Assembly (NCBI GenBank): GCA_964016885.1
Contig: OZ024740.1
Location: 132,060,001 to 132,124,000 of the forward strand
Source: Eledone cirrhosa
Taxonomy: Eukaryota
Length of the DNA: 64,000 nucleotides
Direction: 5' to 3'
The notes below the pieces were generated by a model. The model saw only the letters and a program-made list of their open reading frames with translations, searched no databases and was not told the origin of the DNA. This document shows, one piece after another, positions 1 to 13,330 of the stretch. How positions within the stretch are numbered: position 1 is the first letter of the stretch; each line of letters opens with the position of its first letter. The position numbers were made by a program, and so were the translations under genes.

Positions 1-264
1 CCCCCCCCCTCCCCACACAAAATATATATGTGTGAAAGCGATATAAGGTTTTGTTTATGTATATATGGAATAAACGTTTCAACAAGAAAGCTGCTTACTA
101 GAATGATTGACTTGACGGTATTCTCTTTGAATTTTACAGCCTAAATATCCAAGAAGGTGAATATGATATATATATAGGTCGAGAAAGGATCACGGAATAT
201 ATTGATATAAGCAAGTATTGCACAAGGAAAAAAAACACCAGCGAAAAGATATTATGAATTTATT

Positions 265-377
265 TGCATTCACATATGTTTCTGTTTATTATAAATTGTC
301 TACATATACTGACAATAATATATATTGTTCCATCATAGGCAATACTTAATCATGTATTACACTTCATCAGAAAGCAT
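265..377 (-). ncRNA. Degenerate type I hammerhead ribozyme motif (long stem II)
   Basis: Minus strand TGCTTT-CTGATGA-(~80 nt)-GAAAC-ATAT-GTG-AATGCA. Palindromic stem III, but the GUG triplet is non-cleavable and stem II pairs poorly. Confidence 0.45.
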
Positions 378-529
378 ATAGTAGTCGAATTCAACTATTC
401 ACTACGCGCTAGAATTCAGTAATATGATTTTAGCTTAAGAAAATGTAAATAAGTTAAAATAACATGGAATACAGTCAGTTAGTGTGATAGTAGAGAGGAG
501 AAGGTGTAGGGTGAAAGAGTTTCGCACTA

Positions 530-1135
530 TCAATCCATGTGCTAAGCCAACGAATGCCGTCAGCAGTGCAGCCAAGCACTATTTTACAGTCAATTGCACA
601 CCGAGAAACGCCCGCAGCACAAACAAAGAAAAAGACATAAAGATTGCATAACAAAAACAAACTTAATTGTTTCTACTTTAGGCACAAGGCCAGCAATTAC
701 CCAGTGCATTACTGGCACTTTATTTTATCGACCCCGTAAGGATGAAAGGCAAAGTCAACCTCGTCGGGATTTGAACTCAGACCATAAAGGGACGTAACTA
801 TGCTGGAAAGCATGGCGTCCGACCCTCTACCGATACTGCCAATCCACCGCCCTTAACAAAAACAAACTTAATGTTCAACAGTTTGAAGTTCAAAACTGGG
901 AAGTGCTTGATTTAAAGAGGAATGAATGTAGAAGACATGAGATGGAAGGCTGCAGAATGTTTGAAAAGAGACGTCTTGACCTTTAAAAACTTAAACGTCA
1001 TTTTCGAAATGGCCACACAATGAACTACAATAAAAACACTGGGAGCTGGAATTGTGAGGTGTGTGGTCGTCTAAATGTGGGTACACCTCTTATTTAAAAA
1101 CACATAAAATGGCAACACCATGAAGCTAATAATAA
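530..1135 (+). mobile_element. Degenerate 3' fragment of an RTE-clade LINE (post-RT C-terminus), interrupted by a SINE
   Basis: Pieced translation across stops and frameshifts: RMPS..ILYSQLHTEKRPQHKQRKRHKDCI.. [SINE] ..NWEVLDLKRNECRRHEMEGCRMFEKRR..WNCEVCGR..YLKTHK. This fits the RTE/BovB C-terminal pattern (LYSEL..GKR..G.QKKRYKD, WE..A..R..WR, CxxCGR..SH.R.H). Confidence 0.6.
668..853 (-). mobile_element. tRNA-derived SINE, full length, 19-bp TSD
   Basis: A-box-like TGGCAGTATCGGTAGAG, B-box GAGTTCAAATCCC, central CCTTTCATCCTTACGGGGTCGATAAAATAAAGT motif, tail GTAGAAACAATTA. TSD TAACAAAAACAAACTTAAT at 649-667 and 854-872. Confidence 0.9.
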
Positions 1136-1136
1136 T

Positions 1137-1315
1137 TGTTTCTACTTTTCGCACAAGGCCAGCAATTACCACAGTTCATTACTGGTACTTTATTTTATGG
1201 ACGCGTGAGGATGAAAGGAAAAGTTAATCTCGGACTTGAACTCAGACCATAAAGGGCCGTAATTATATGCTGCAAAGCATGGTGTCCTACTCTCTACTGA
1301 TACTGCCAATCGCCC
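1137..1315 (-). mobile_element. tRNA-derived SINE (same family)
   Basis: Highly similar to 668-853; TSD GCTAATAATAAT at 1125-1136 and 1316-1327. Confidence 0.9.
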
Positions 1316-2945
1316 GCTAATAATAATACTAGGTGATATAACATGTGTGGTGTGACAAATCCTCTGCAAATAAATCTCAGGTATTAAATAGCATATGAGG
1401 GTACATAATGACGTCATCCCACAAACTGACCCATTCAATCCAATAGAGGGAACATATTTTGTCTGTTACGTTTTCTGCAGACCGTACAAATGTAATGCTG
1501 GATTATAAAGCCACATAAGAGGCCATAAACAGAAGTCTGTAGTTGGTGACGGTTGATGGAGATGCATAGGGAAACGGCAATCATCTACAGACATGGAGCA
1601 ATCACTATATATATATATATATGAAGGCACGTGGCTGATGCGTTATGTCCTTGATCAAGACGCTTTATTGTATGCTGCTCTTTCTTCCTGGATTTGCGAC
1701 CGACAGATAGTATTATCAATTGTTGCTGGTTGATGTGCGGGCTGTGCTGCTGCTCGTGCTTTTGGAGTAGCCGGTGAGATGTCTTGGACATCTTAGCTTC
1801 GAGCGATAGCTATTTAGCTATCATTAAGAAGCAGAGAGTGAGAGAGAGAAAGACGTTGACTGAGATAAAAGAATATAAGTGCTTGTATATCAGTAGTGCG
1901 AATGTGTACACACCATGAGAAACTAAACCTCGTCTTCCATAATATTACATTGTATAATATCTATACAGCATAGATAAGAAACTTGGAAATAATTGGTAAA
2001 ACCTCCACTCATAAGAATAGCAAATCATGTTGGTTACATATTTTGCTAAGCTGACACATTTGGGATAATTTCTTGAATATTCCCTTCAAAGTAAAAAAAA
2101 AATGGAATTAAGATAAATCTGATTATTTAGCAAAATGTATATGTTCAACGGCAGAATGACATAATACATAATTCTACAGTTTTAACAAAATGAATGAAAA
2201 TTAAATTGCATCAGATGAAATTCGTTATTAATAGAAAGATCCAGCGCAGAGCATACTAAACATTAATATTCGTAACCAAAATTTTAAGCAAGAATTTCTA
2301 TTAATATTTAGTAATAATGACACATTCATTAGATATTTCTCAATAATTAAAATCTTATTTGTGAAATTAAATCGTTAATGACTTAATTCTTTTTTATTTT
2401 AATGAAATTTATTATCAGGAGAAACATTTTTCAAACGATATTATATTTTAATTTCCTTTGATCGAATTAATTATTTTTGGTTGTATTCGCATTTTTAAAA
2501 GCACACACAAACATACACACCTTTAGACCCTGTGTGTTAATGCCGTTACGAGAAACATTTGTTAAAATATGAGGTCGTTATGGGTTCAAGGCGTGGGTGC
2601 AGTGTGGGATGATTTATATTAATGGTAGAATAAATATATTCTCGTCGAAACTCTCTATTAAATTATTTTGTTAAATTTACATGCAAAAGAATAAATGAAA
2701 TATTCATTCGTATATTGGATACGATTAGGAAGATGTATATTTTTATACGAAATATAGTTTCCAAGACTCGAATAAAAAAGAATATCACAAATATTTCAAG
2801 GGACATATACAAATAGTTGAGTAATGTCTACAAGAGAATAAGTCAGCACTGGAACATTTAGTAAAATTTGCATCAATTTATGTATAGAATATTTAGTGTT
2901 AATCATTATTTTTATATGTTGAATTTTTTATTACAGCAGATGATA

Positions 2946-3166
2946 GGGTAGTGGATTAGCAGATTCATTAGAGTGGGGGAGAAAATGTGTTGCGGTATGT
3001 ATTCCGGCTCTTTACATCCTGAGTTCAAATCGCAGCATGGTCTCCTTTTCCTTTCACCCTTTCCGGGTCGATAAATTAAAGAACCAGTCACGTAATCAGG
3101 TCGATGTACTGCCCTTTCCCTTACCTGCAAATTGCTGGATTTGCGCCAAAATCAGAAGCCAATATT
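2946..3166 (+). mobile_element. Older, longer SINE subfamily copy
   Basis: GAGTTCAAATC B-box, CCTTTCCGGGTCGATAAATTAAAG core, an extra GGTCGATGTA segment, and AATTGCTGG..CCAAAATCAGAA tail. Confidence 0.75.
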
Positions 3167-3411
3167 AGAGCAGTTGATGTTCGTTTGATAGATGTGTTAG
3201 ATTTAAGATGAACACAGGAAAATAATACAAGATATCAAGCTTCATAACTATAGGTAATGAGACATTCAGTAAAATTGGTATCCACATGAACAATGTTGCA
3301 TTAATGAAATAGTTGTCTCGCCATGAAAGTTTTTGGACGAAATTGCATTGCTCGATAAGATAGTCGTTCAATTTGGCGAATTATTAGCACAGGCATTATT
3401 TCATTAATACA

Positions 3412-3637
<226 letters not shown>

Positions 3638-5148
3638 TTAATCATAAATATATTCTATACAATTCCACGACATATACGCCCCTATGTTGATATGTTGAAT
3701 CATGCAGTGAGAAAGCTAGATTTAATTAATTAATATGTATATATATATTCTTTAATGCGTAGTATTAATTAGAACCATGACTGATCGCAATGAAAATTAG
3801 ATGTATATTGCGCTTTTGGTTGTGATATAATCAGACGTGTATCTTCTATCCTCCTCTCTCTCCTTCTCACACATAACTCATCTACCCCCTTATATATAGA
3901 GAGAGAGGGAGGGGGAGGGAGAAATGTTAGAAGTGTTTATTTGTTAATGTGTGCTTATCTATAGAGATGGAGGGTGTAGATGTGTTGCGTATGACAATAG
4001 ACAAACAAAGTGATAAATTAGAAACATAGAGTTATTCAAAATATTGTTAAAGTCACAGGGTGCACATCGTTGACTCGTTTAAGATTTCGTCATCGATTTG
4101 CAAGCCAAATAACTATCAAATTTATTGGCACCTCTTTATGAAACTTCATTTCATTATTACTCACCAATGTTCTGTTTAAATATTTGGGGAATTTAACTTC
4201 AATCAAGTAAACTTTGTCGGTCAGCTGACATCTACGACGATTCCTTTGAGTAAATGAATTATTCTGATAATGATTACCTACAAATGATGAAGTAAGTATG
4301 TAATATAATGAAGTAAGTATGTAATATACAAACATTTGGATAATAGATGAAAGGTTACTGTGAAATAAATGCGTATTAACTTTAATTATACATAACAACG
4401 CTAGCAGCAAAACAATCCTTTAAATTGACAATATGATTGATATATGTGGCACTGATTGACCATTTGAATGTAGATTCGATGGTGCGCAAACACACACACA
4501 CACGTACATATACATATATATATACAGACACACTCACATACCGACACAGAAACACACACTCTTAAATACACATAGATATTAAAAGGTGGTTGCCAAAATA
4601 CTATCTGTTATCAGTGCCCTATGAGTCTTGGTATTTTCGCGTCGAGGTTAATATGAACCGTTATTGTGCAGGAAGCCGATATAGTGTATATATGGATATA
4701 AGTTCATGTGTATTATGCACCGACTGAACTGTAAATGTGGGCGTTGTTATTATAGCTGAATGCCCTTCCTACTAACAAAATTAGTTATAGTGTAGAAATT
4801 GGTCGCACTCTTATGAGCAGGGACAGACCAGGTGACTGCACTGAACCCAACTCGGAACTATAATTTTGATGCTTGGAACATAAATCGCACCACTATTACG
4901 AGGGATAGGCCATTTAGCTTTGCTGAACCAATCTCACAGCGCAGCCTCAGTTTGGTTGACACCACCACATTTACAGTGTTGACCCGGATGGCATGGTTAT
5001 GAGGAGAGGCAGCCTAGTTTGCCACATCGAACACTTCTAACAGCGAAACCATAGTTTTTTAGCCTGGAATGGGAGAACAAATCAGAGTGGAGGCACAGGC
5101 TAGTATATGATACACACACACATACACACACGCACACATATATGTATA

Positions 5149-5207
<59 letters not shown>

Positions 5208-5217
5208 AATATATAAG

Positions 5218-5268
5218 AGATTCTACAGGTCTAGAACTGTTTCATTCATGAGAAATCATCAGAGATTT
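5218..5268 (-). ncRNA. Type I hammerhead motif (same family as 22542-22592)
   Basis: CTGATGA-TTTC-TCAT-GAAT-GAAAC-AG-TTCTAGAC-CT-GTA-GAATCT; stem I is degenerate in this copy. Confidence 0.55.
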
Positions 5269-5854
5269 GATTTTGATTTTTTTTTCTATTTAATTGCCGA
5301 CCTGTAGGTATTGTTCTCCATACAGTAACAGTTAAACTCACATGTAATAAATGTTACACACATCTGTGTAACACACTTCTCTCTGTGTAATATATATTTG
5401 AGCTCAGATGAAAATGGTCCGTTCTTCTTCGAGCTAGTATTATTATTATTACTGTGAACTGCGGAATACTTTAATTCCGATCTTTATATATAAACACATA
5501 TTTATATATACATATATACACATATATACATATATACCACATATATTCACAAATATATATATATATATATCATAAATCATGTCCTTAGAATCACTAGATA
5601 AAATATATACCATTTCTTCTCCCAATTAGCATAATTAACCATATAAAAAAATCAATTAGACCAAGCTATAAGAATAACGGCTCCTATGAAGAAATTTTCG
5701 ACAAATAGCCGAAAGCGGCCTCTTCGCGGTGGCCCGATAGAGTATTTATCCAACATTTCAACAGCATGTGGAAACTGACTAAATATACCGTCAACCATAC
5801 ACAATTAGGTGTAAATTCAAACTTAGTAGAAATGTGTACATACTGTAATTATAT

Positions 5855-5928
5855 CTCTACCATGGTTTCGTCCGTATTTTTAGACATCCAATAACAGGAT
5901 ATGTCCAGATTTTCTGACTCATCAGGAG
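5855..5928 (-). ncRNA. Type I hammerhead ribozyme (left arm)
   Basis: Reverse complement of 6218-6291; core intact. Confidence 0.75.
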
Positions 5929-6217
5929 CGAACTCTAAATTAGACATTTAATTTTCCAAAGTGATCGCGCCAAATATAGATTCAAAAATAGCTAAGAATC
6001 GTGACGTGGCAGTGGTCAAGTTAGAAAGAATATGATTAGTTGCTTACGGCGAGTAGGCTTGTTGCTAGAAAGCGCAGCCCAAAATCGTCCAATTGTATCT
6101 CAACCTAACGGTAGTTTATTCTAACTTGACCACTGCCACGTCACGATTCTTAGCCATTATTTAATCTATTTTTGGCGCGTTCACTTTGGAAAATTGAATG
6201 TCTAAATCTAGAGTTCG

Positions 6218-6291
6218 CTCCTGATGAGTCAGAAACTCTGGACATATCCTGTTATTGGATGTCTAAAAATACGGACGAAACCATGGTAGAG
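6218..6291 (+). ncRNA. Type I hammerhead ribozyme (right arm)
   Basis: CTC-CTGATGA-GTC..(GACATATCC/GGATGTC hairpin)..GAC-GAAAC-CATG-GTA-GAG; palindromic stem III ACCATGGT, GUA cleavage triplet. Confidence 0.75.
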
Positions 6292-6677
6292 ATATAATTA
6301 CAGTATGTACACATTTCTTCTAGGTTTGAATTTACACCTAAGTGTGTATGGTTGACGGTATATTTAGTCAGTTTCCACATGCTGTTGAAATGTTGGATAA
6401 ATACTTTCTCGGGCCACCGCGAAGAGGCCGCTTTCGGTTATTTGTCGAAAAATTTCTTCATAGGAGTCGCTATTCTTATGGCTTGGTCTAATTGATTTTT
6501 TTATATGGTTAATTATGCTTATTGGGAGAAGAAATGGTATATATTTTATCTAGTGATTCTAAGGACATGATGTATGATATATTGCTCTGATTATTTAATT
6601 TATTAATTCTTCATTGAGCCACAACGTGACCGGTTGCAAAACATATATATCTATGACTTTATGTATATGTAAACCTT

Positions 6678-6708
<31 letters not shown>

Positions 6709-6786
6709 TTATATATACATATATATGCATAGACATACATATGTAAATATGCCTATACACACATATACACACACATATATATATAT

Positions 6787-6853
<67 letters not shown>

Positions 6854-7035
6854 GATAAATCTACCAAAATGTACGGTAGTGTCCAATCCGTATGAAGAGA
6901 TCAATGTAATCCGAATATCATGACAAGAGAAGATGTATTAACAACATTTTTTCGGTGAAAATTAACGGAAAACAGAGTCAAGATAAATTAATAAAATAAT
7001 GAATTAACAAAGAAACAGTTCCTTATATTAAAAAA

Positions 7036-7175
7036 ATCATTATTTTACGATCGTTTCTAGGATATATATTTTAGTGTTGGTATGCATATCCTATAGATCT
7101 ATGTAAAATTTTTAGAAACTATCAGAGGGAATATACATACCTACACATATATATGCTGTCTTCAGAAATAATGAT
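7036..7175 (-). ncRNA. Type I hammerhead ribozyme with 10-bp stem I and ~100-nt stem II
   Basis: ATCATTATTT-CTGAAGA-CAGCATATATAT..ATATATATCCTA-GAAAC-GATC-GTA-AAATAATGAT; lies downstream of the PLE ORF on the same strand. Confidence 0.75.
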
Positions 7176-7620
7176 ATTTGTTTATTGAAAAAACTAACAA
7201 AGATTTAATACAATAGGTCTGTTTGGGAACAGGTTTTGAATTGACCAATAGAAAGATAGTGAAGGTCAAGATAGTAATATAGTAGTAAAAGAACCTTAAT
7301 TTATGGGTAGAGGAAGGTAGATTTCAGTTTTGGATGGAAAGAATATTATGAATGAAAGATTATTTTAGGGATGAGAATAGGTCATATGCTGACCTCAGAA
7401 ATAATTATATTTGTTCATTGAATAAAACCAACAAAGATTTAATATAATAGGTCTGTTTGGGAACAGGTTTTGAATTAACCAATAGAAAGGTAATAATTGG
7501 CCAAATGGTAAAATAGTAGTAATTGAAGTTTATTTTAGGGGTAGAAGAAGGCAGATTTCAGTTTTGAATGGAGGAGTATGAAGAATGAAAAGGTTATTTT
7601 ATGGGTGAAAATAGGTCAGG
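7150..7620. repeat. ~230-bp direct tandem duplication in the PLE 3' region
   Basis: 7150-7382 resembles 7384-7620 (..CAGAAATAAT..GGTCTGTTTGGGAACAGGTTTTGAATT..). Confidence 0.85.
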
Positions 7621-7885
7621 TCAGTAAAAGGTAACACGAAAAGTTGCTGTTATAAAAGAATAATGCCAATGTAAATATCTAAGGAGACTAACATTTTACG
7701 ATAAATGTGTTAGTGAAAAAAATATATATGGAATATACATCTATGAAAAGAATATAAATTAATTTAATTGATGGGTATATTTATATTGATAAAATTATAT
7801 TAATGCATATGGATCTGATAAATAAGAGTTAGGTGTAATTGAAGAGTGCTGTTAAAGACGAGGGGAAATTAAAAAAATATAAAAA

Positions 7886-7920
<35 letters not shown>

Positions 7921-8003
7921 TTGGGGGGGGGGGTAAATTTATTAGTGAGAAATAATAAATATATAGAGATTTCAAGGAACATAGAATCATAACCTGAAAT
8001 TAA

Positions 8004-8186
8004 GGCGGTGGATTGGCAGTATCGGTAGAGAGTCGGACGCCATGCTTTCCAGCATAGTTACGTCCCTTTAAGATCTGAGTTCAAATCCCGCCGAGGTTGA
8101 CTTTGCCTTTCATCCTTACGGGGTCGATAAAGTACCAATAATGCACTGGGTGATTGCTGGCCTTGTGCCTAAAGTAGAAACAATTA
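8004..8186 (+). mobile_element. SINE in the left arm of PLE1
   Basis: Full family sequence; absent at the matching site of the inverted arm (~10700). Confidence 0.9.
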
Positions 8187-8329
8187 TATATGTTTACTTA
8201 ATGGTTTCAATTTTAGGAAAAGATAGTTGTAAGAAGGAAAGTAAAATTATGTAGTTCATTAGTAGTACAATATTAATTATAGGTTAACTAAATTAAAAAT
8301 AGTTTTTATACTAATTTCTAAAATGTATA

Positions 8330-10205
8330 TTAATTAGGTTTATAATATTTAAATGTTTTTCTCAGTTTATGATTACACGATATTATTAATTCCTGTCGCT
8401 TATTTAATAGGATATCTTTAGATTTCATTATTTCAAAAAGTTCTTGGGAACATAATCTACATTCATATCTATTATTTTGATAAGGGGTGGCCCTTTTGAA
8501 CACACTCCAGGTCAGGTCATAATCTATATTCCTCTTTCTATAGTTATTAATTATTTCAGCTAGAGAAGTTGTATTAGCTAATGCGGCATTTTTAAAACTA
8601 TGTTTGTGGGTATTAAATTTTACCTTAAATTGGTTAGAGGTAGCTCCTATATATGAATAAATTGAGTTCTTAGTGTTAACTTTACATTTATATACTATGT
8701 TATTAACAAGGCAATTTCCTTTTAATGGGCAGTTTGCTTTGTTTCTACAGTTACAACTTTTCGTGAATCCTGTATCAGAGGAGATATTATGGTTAGTTTG
8801 ATGTACTGGTGGTATATTCATGTTTTTTTTTACATTTATATGCATTGTAGGCACTTATATTTTGTTTTATGTTTTTGGTTGTTGAGTAGGAGAATTTAAC
8901 CGTTCATCTATTTAACATTTGATGGTATTTGTTGTTTGGCGGGAAGTTCTTCTCTAGGATATTAAACAATTTTTTTAGGTATATTATCCTTAATTTGTAA
9001 ATTAAATGCAGCATTATACCAAGTAACTCGTCTATTACGGTTTCGATGTTGTTTATTGTTTTTATAGGATGTATCCTTATGTTTATTAAGAGAATTATTG
9101 TTAATGACTTCACCACACACATTTTTAGTTAGATTTATTGATTTAAGTGTTTTAGCTTGTTTATTAGGAGTTTTATTATTAATATATATTAGAGTAGTTG
9201 GATGAGTAGTTTTTTGAGAGTTACTATATTATATATTAGAAGAGTTAGAGAAATTTGGTTTTATGTTGGTATTTTGGGGTATAGTGTGAGTGGCATTTAG
9301 GTGTGTATGTTTCATTTGGTCTTTGTTGGTAATATTACGTTGTATGTTTGTAGTGTTATTGGTACAAGGTATATATACTAATTTATTTTTGTGGCCACTT
9401 CTAGCTAAAGCTTCGTTATAGAAGGTTGCATTTTTATCAAATACATCCTGGTTAGACGAAAGGTTAGAAATTCTAAGTGAGTTATTATATGCAAGGTTTT
9501 TAAGGATAGATTTAGGGTGATTAGATTGTGAGTGTATGTAATGTAAATTTTGGTTAGGTTTATGGTAAGGTTGGTAGATACCCGTAGATAAGTCTAATGT
9601 TATATCAAGGAAATTAACTACTTTACTTGTGTTTTTAAGTGTAATATCTAGACTATAATAGTTTTTGAGGAAAGTTCTAATCAGCTTTTTATTTTTTTCT
9701 ATCTCTGAAAGGCTGAGGTTATTGGAAAGAAGAAGACAGTCGTCGCGATATAAACCACCTTTAAGGTGGGGAAAGGAAGCATTTATGTTAAAAAGAAGAA
9801 AGAGGCCCACAAGATCAGTAATTTGGGCAGAATCGCCTGAGCCCATAGTAATATCGAATAGATTACTATATGTGTTTCTGGTCCAGTATTCATTTTGAAA
9901 TTCCAATAGTGTTTGTCTAGCATGTGTAATGATATTAATGTCATCCAAAGTTAAGTTAGATGTATTTTTAGCAAATATCAAGGCTTTGTTCAGGAGTATA
10001 GGTGATATAGAGGAATAATAATTATCTATATCAAATTGTAGAAATGAAGCAGAAGATTTATTTCTGATATTATTAAACCAGTTAATTACCTGGGATGTGT
10101 TTTCCCAGAGTGGTAAATTAACATGTTTTCTTAGTTGTGGGATGACCCTATCTAAAATTTTTTTACTAATGATTTCAATATCAGATTTGGAAGGGCATAT
10201 AAGCC
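8330..10205 (-). pseudogene. Disrupted PLE RT/GIY-YIG ORF
   Basis: ORF pieces 8330-8854, 8904-9122 and 9229-9981 plus upstream CPSKSDI..SKKILDRV, LQFDI motifs. Confidence 0.85.
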
Positions 10206-10299
10206 TTAATAAAAAGCTTTTGAAAAAGCTTAATAAAAAACTTGTTTAAATAATGAAATCTAAAGATATCCTATTAAATAAACGACAGGAATTAATAAT

Positions 10300-10481
10300 T
10301 GTTTCTACTTTAGGCACAAGGCCAGCAATTACCCAGTGCATTACCGGTACTTTATTTTATCGACCCCGTAAGGATGAAAGGCAAAGTCAACCTCGGCGGG
10401 ATTTGAACTCAGATCGTAAAGGGACGTAACTATGCTGGAAAGCATGGCGTCCGACCCTCTACCGATACTGCCATTCCACCG
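10300..10481 (-). mobile_element. SINE in the right arm of PLE1, 17-bp TSD
   Basis: TSD CGACAGGAATTAATAAT at 10283-10299 and 10482-10498; empty site at ~8383-8400. Confidence 0.92.
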
Positions 10482-10776
10482 CGACAGGAATTAATAATAT
10501 CGTGTAATCATAAACTGAGAAAAACCTTTAAATATTATAAACCTAATTAGTATACATTTTAGAAATTAGTATAAAAACTATTTTTAATTTAGTTAACCTA
10601 TAATTAACATTCTACTACTAATGAACTACATAATTTTACTTTCCTTCTTACAACTATCTTTTCCTAAAATTGAAACCATTAAGTAAACATATATAATGTT
10701 TTAATTTCAGGTTATGATTCTATGTTCCTTGAAATCTCTATATATTTATTATTTCTCACTAATAAATTTATATATA

Positions 10777-12419
10777 CAAGCAGATTTACCCGGCGTTGCG
10801 CGGGTTTGAAATTATGCTAAGAATAAACAGCTCGGAAGTAAAAGAAGAACATTATTTGTCCCCAACATGTCTTCAATAATTAATGCAAACGAATATTTAG
10901 TGCAATCGTTGTACACATAAAACTATGCTGATAATGAAGAAAAACACTGAACAGGATGTAGTTATACAAATGATTAAAGACAATGCACGTTGCAAATCTG
11001 TAAAAAACAGGCACTTTTGCTAAAGTACAAAAGGTTGTAATGAAAGCAGAATTGTATACAAACAAAAAAACAATGAGAGTAGAATAAGAGAAAATCTATT
11101 CTTTGAGAGCATCCTTTGCTGTGTATGGTTAAATTTTGAACTTACAATCCAAAATATCCTGCATGACATATTCATTGGTATATTTTGTAATGAGTAATTG
11201 AAGTCAAGGCAGAGTTGTAATACGTTTTTTTGTTAACACTAAAGCACTTCAGGATAGACGATATTCTTTATTTTTCTTTTCGGAACAAACGTAAAGAGAT
11301 TATCTCTACTGCCAACTCGTGAGCAGGCAACGAAGAATTGTCCGTGCAAAAAGCAAGATTCATCCAAGTGAATTCCAGTGACGGACAGTGTTTGACCTTG
11401 CGACTTGTTTATGGACATCGCAAAAGCAACACGAAGGGGAAATTGGGTTCGGCGAAAGGAGAAGGAAGTATCCACGCCTGATGTAGTCAGGCTAATTTTT
11501 GTTATTATCACATCCTCGCCTTTCCCACATCCGGATAGAATGGTAGCCTCAATACTAAGTGGAGACAGTTTTTAACCACAAGGCGTGTACCATTGCATAG
11601 TTTTGGAGGAGTGATATTTCTCAGCAAAATAACTGGCGTTCCATCTTTCAGAACCAATGTATTAGGAGGTAAACCAGGAGGATTTAAAGAATTTAGAAAT
11701 TCAACTGGATAATTGACCGCATCCTGTGGATCACATAGAGTATCAATAGATTTATATATCCGGGAACATCCAGCAGCCTCATGTTTGGCAAAATTTCTGT
11801 GAATCCACCATCTTCGGGTCTTCTCCGACGATATAGTGGGTATCCGTCATCGAAAGTCTGAGTGTCAACATGGCTTATGAAAGTTTTAAAAATATAAAAG
11901 TCGTAGGTCCCAATGTTTTGAATGGAAAGTCCCATAATGATTGTTCTTAAAATAAATAAAGCATCATCAAAATCTCGTCAATTCGAGACTGCGGCGATAT
12001 CAGGCCCTTAACGCGAAAGTTAACACTTAATATAGTGAAACAAGTTAAAACAACAAGTGTTTTTAAACTTTGAAAGTGCAACAAGGAATAAACAAGTAAC
12101 AAACGATAATATTAGTGATTTATCTTCAAACATAATCTGATGTTTATATTTCTGAAAAGTTCGTTATCTCCCTTTTTTATAAGGATTGTCAATAAAATTG
12201 GTTATCTCCCTTACATCCGTTTTGCTACCGATAATTTTGATATCGATTTGTTATTGCACAACGTGGGGCAATTTGAAAAATGTCTTGGATGTGACAATCT
12301 TAGCGACCTGTGCAACGTGCACAGAAAATTTGGTCAAATTCGGTTGGTAATTTCAAAAGCTTAGGTATCCAACGTTGTACACAGACACACACACATCCTC
12401 GCTTTTATATATATAAAGA
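10777..12419 (-). mobile_element. Internally deleted (non-autonomous) Helitron with both termini
   Basis: 5' TC(TTTATATATATAAAAG); 3' hairpin CCCGCGCAACGCCGGG then CTTG (near-canonical CTRR); inserted between A and T. Contains PIF1 helicase motifs ([27 protein letters not shown]; QFPLRVAFAMSINKSQGQTL; HGQFFVACSRV) and a Rep remnant ([10 protein letters not shown]). Confidence 0.9.
11239..11700 (-). pseudogene. Helitron RepHel PIF1-family helicase C-terminal fragment
   Basis: ORF 11239-11511 plus a frameshifted upstream piece. Confidence 0.88.
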
Positions 12420-12420
12420 T

Positions 12421-12565
12421 TTATACACATATATAAATATGTATACACATGCACATACATATGAATACATACACGCATGCACACATATAAACATAACTAA
12501 AAACATATATACATACATATATGGACACACATATAGAACAGATATTTATACATACATCCATGCCC

Positions 12566-12626
<61 letters not shown>

Positions 12627-12959
12627 CACACATACATATATACATATACATATATACACATACATATATACATATACATATATATATATATATATACACA
12701 CATACATATATACATATACATATATATATACACATACATATATACATATACATATATATATATACACATACATATATAGATATACATATATATATATACA
12801 CATACATATATACATATACATATATATATATACACATACATATATACATATACATATATATATATACACATACATATATACATATATATATATACACATA
12901 CATATATACATATACATATACATATACATATATATATATACACATACATATATATATAT

Positions 12960-13015
<56 letters not shown>
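12421..13015. repeat. Compound (TA)/(CA)/(TACA) microsatellite field
   Basis: Seen directly; generates several spurious ORFs. Confidence 0.95.
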
Positions 13016-13019
<4 letters not shown>

Positions 13020-13249
13020 ACAGGGAAAAAGAGACGATTATAAGGAATAACATATATTGTTTTCCTTTTTTCTTTCTCTCTCTCTTATTTCTGGGCCAGA
13101 AAATAATTAAAACGAAATGTTTTACTTTGTGTGAAGTGTTAAGGCATTAGTCGATTTATTTATCATTCAACAATGGCATTTATTTATCTATTTATATATT
13201 TAATTACTGTCTATTACCGGTTTCAGCATTTATAACCATTAACAAATTG

Positions 13250-13330
13250 CATCCTTACAGGGTCGATAAAATAAAGTACCAGTAATGCACTGGGTAATTG
13301 CTGGCCTTGAGCCTAACGTAGAAACAATTA
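13250..13330 (+). mobile_element. 5'-truncated SINE
   Basis: CATCCTTACAGGGTCGATAAAATAAAGTACC..GTAGAAACAATTA. Confidence 0.85.

Larger units (their letters stand above)
5565..6582. repeat. ~460-bp-arm inverted repeat (5565-6026 / 6119-6582); Penelope-type pseudo-LTR pair with one hammerhead per arm, no ORF
   Basis: Arms are near-perfect reverse complements with scattered substitutions; 92-bp spacer; flanked by (TA)n-rich tracts. Confidence 0.9.
6900..10772 (-). mobile_element. Penelope-like element 1: 5'-truncated, frameshifted RT + GIY-YIG, with an inverted copy of its 3' end at 10250-10772
   Basis: ORF 9229-9981 RT (FDITMGS..S..DLVGL, GGLYRDD, NFLDITLDL, PYHKP, SNHP). ORF 8330-8854 has CNCx5Cx5C linker, VYKC..YIGAT (GIY-YIG), CRLC. 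10250-10772 is the reverse complement of ~7933-8432. Left boundary approximate. Confidence 0.9.

Noticed and set aside
668-853. tRNA gene
   Set aside because: Has A/B boxes but no cloverleaf; it is a SINE head with a TSD.
1440-1860. Possible host gene 5' exon (ORF 1585-1791)
   Set aside because: Short, runs into a microsatellite, and has no recognisable domain or splice support.
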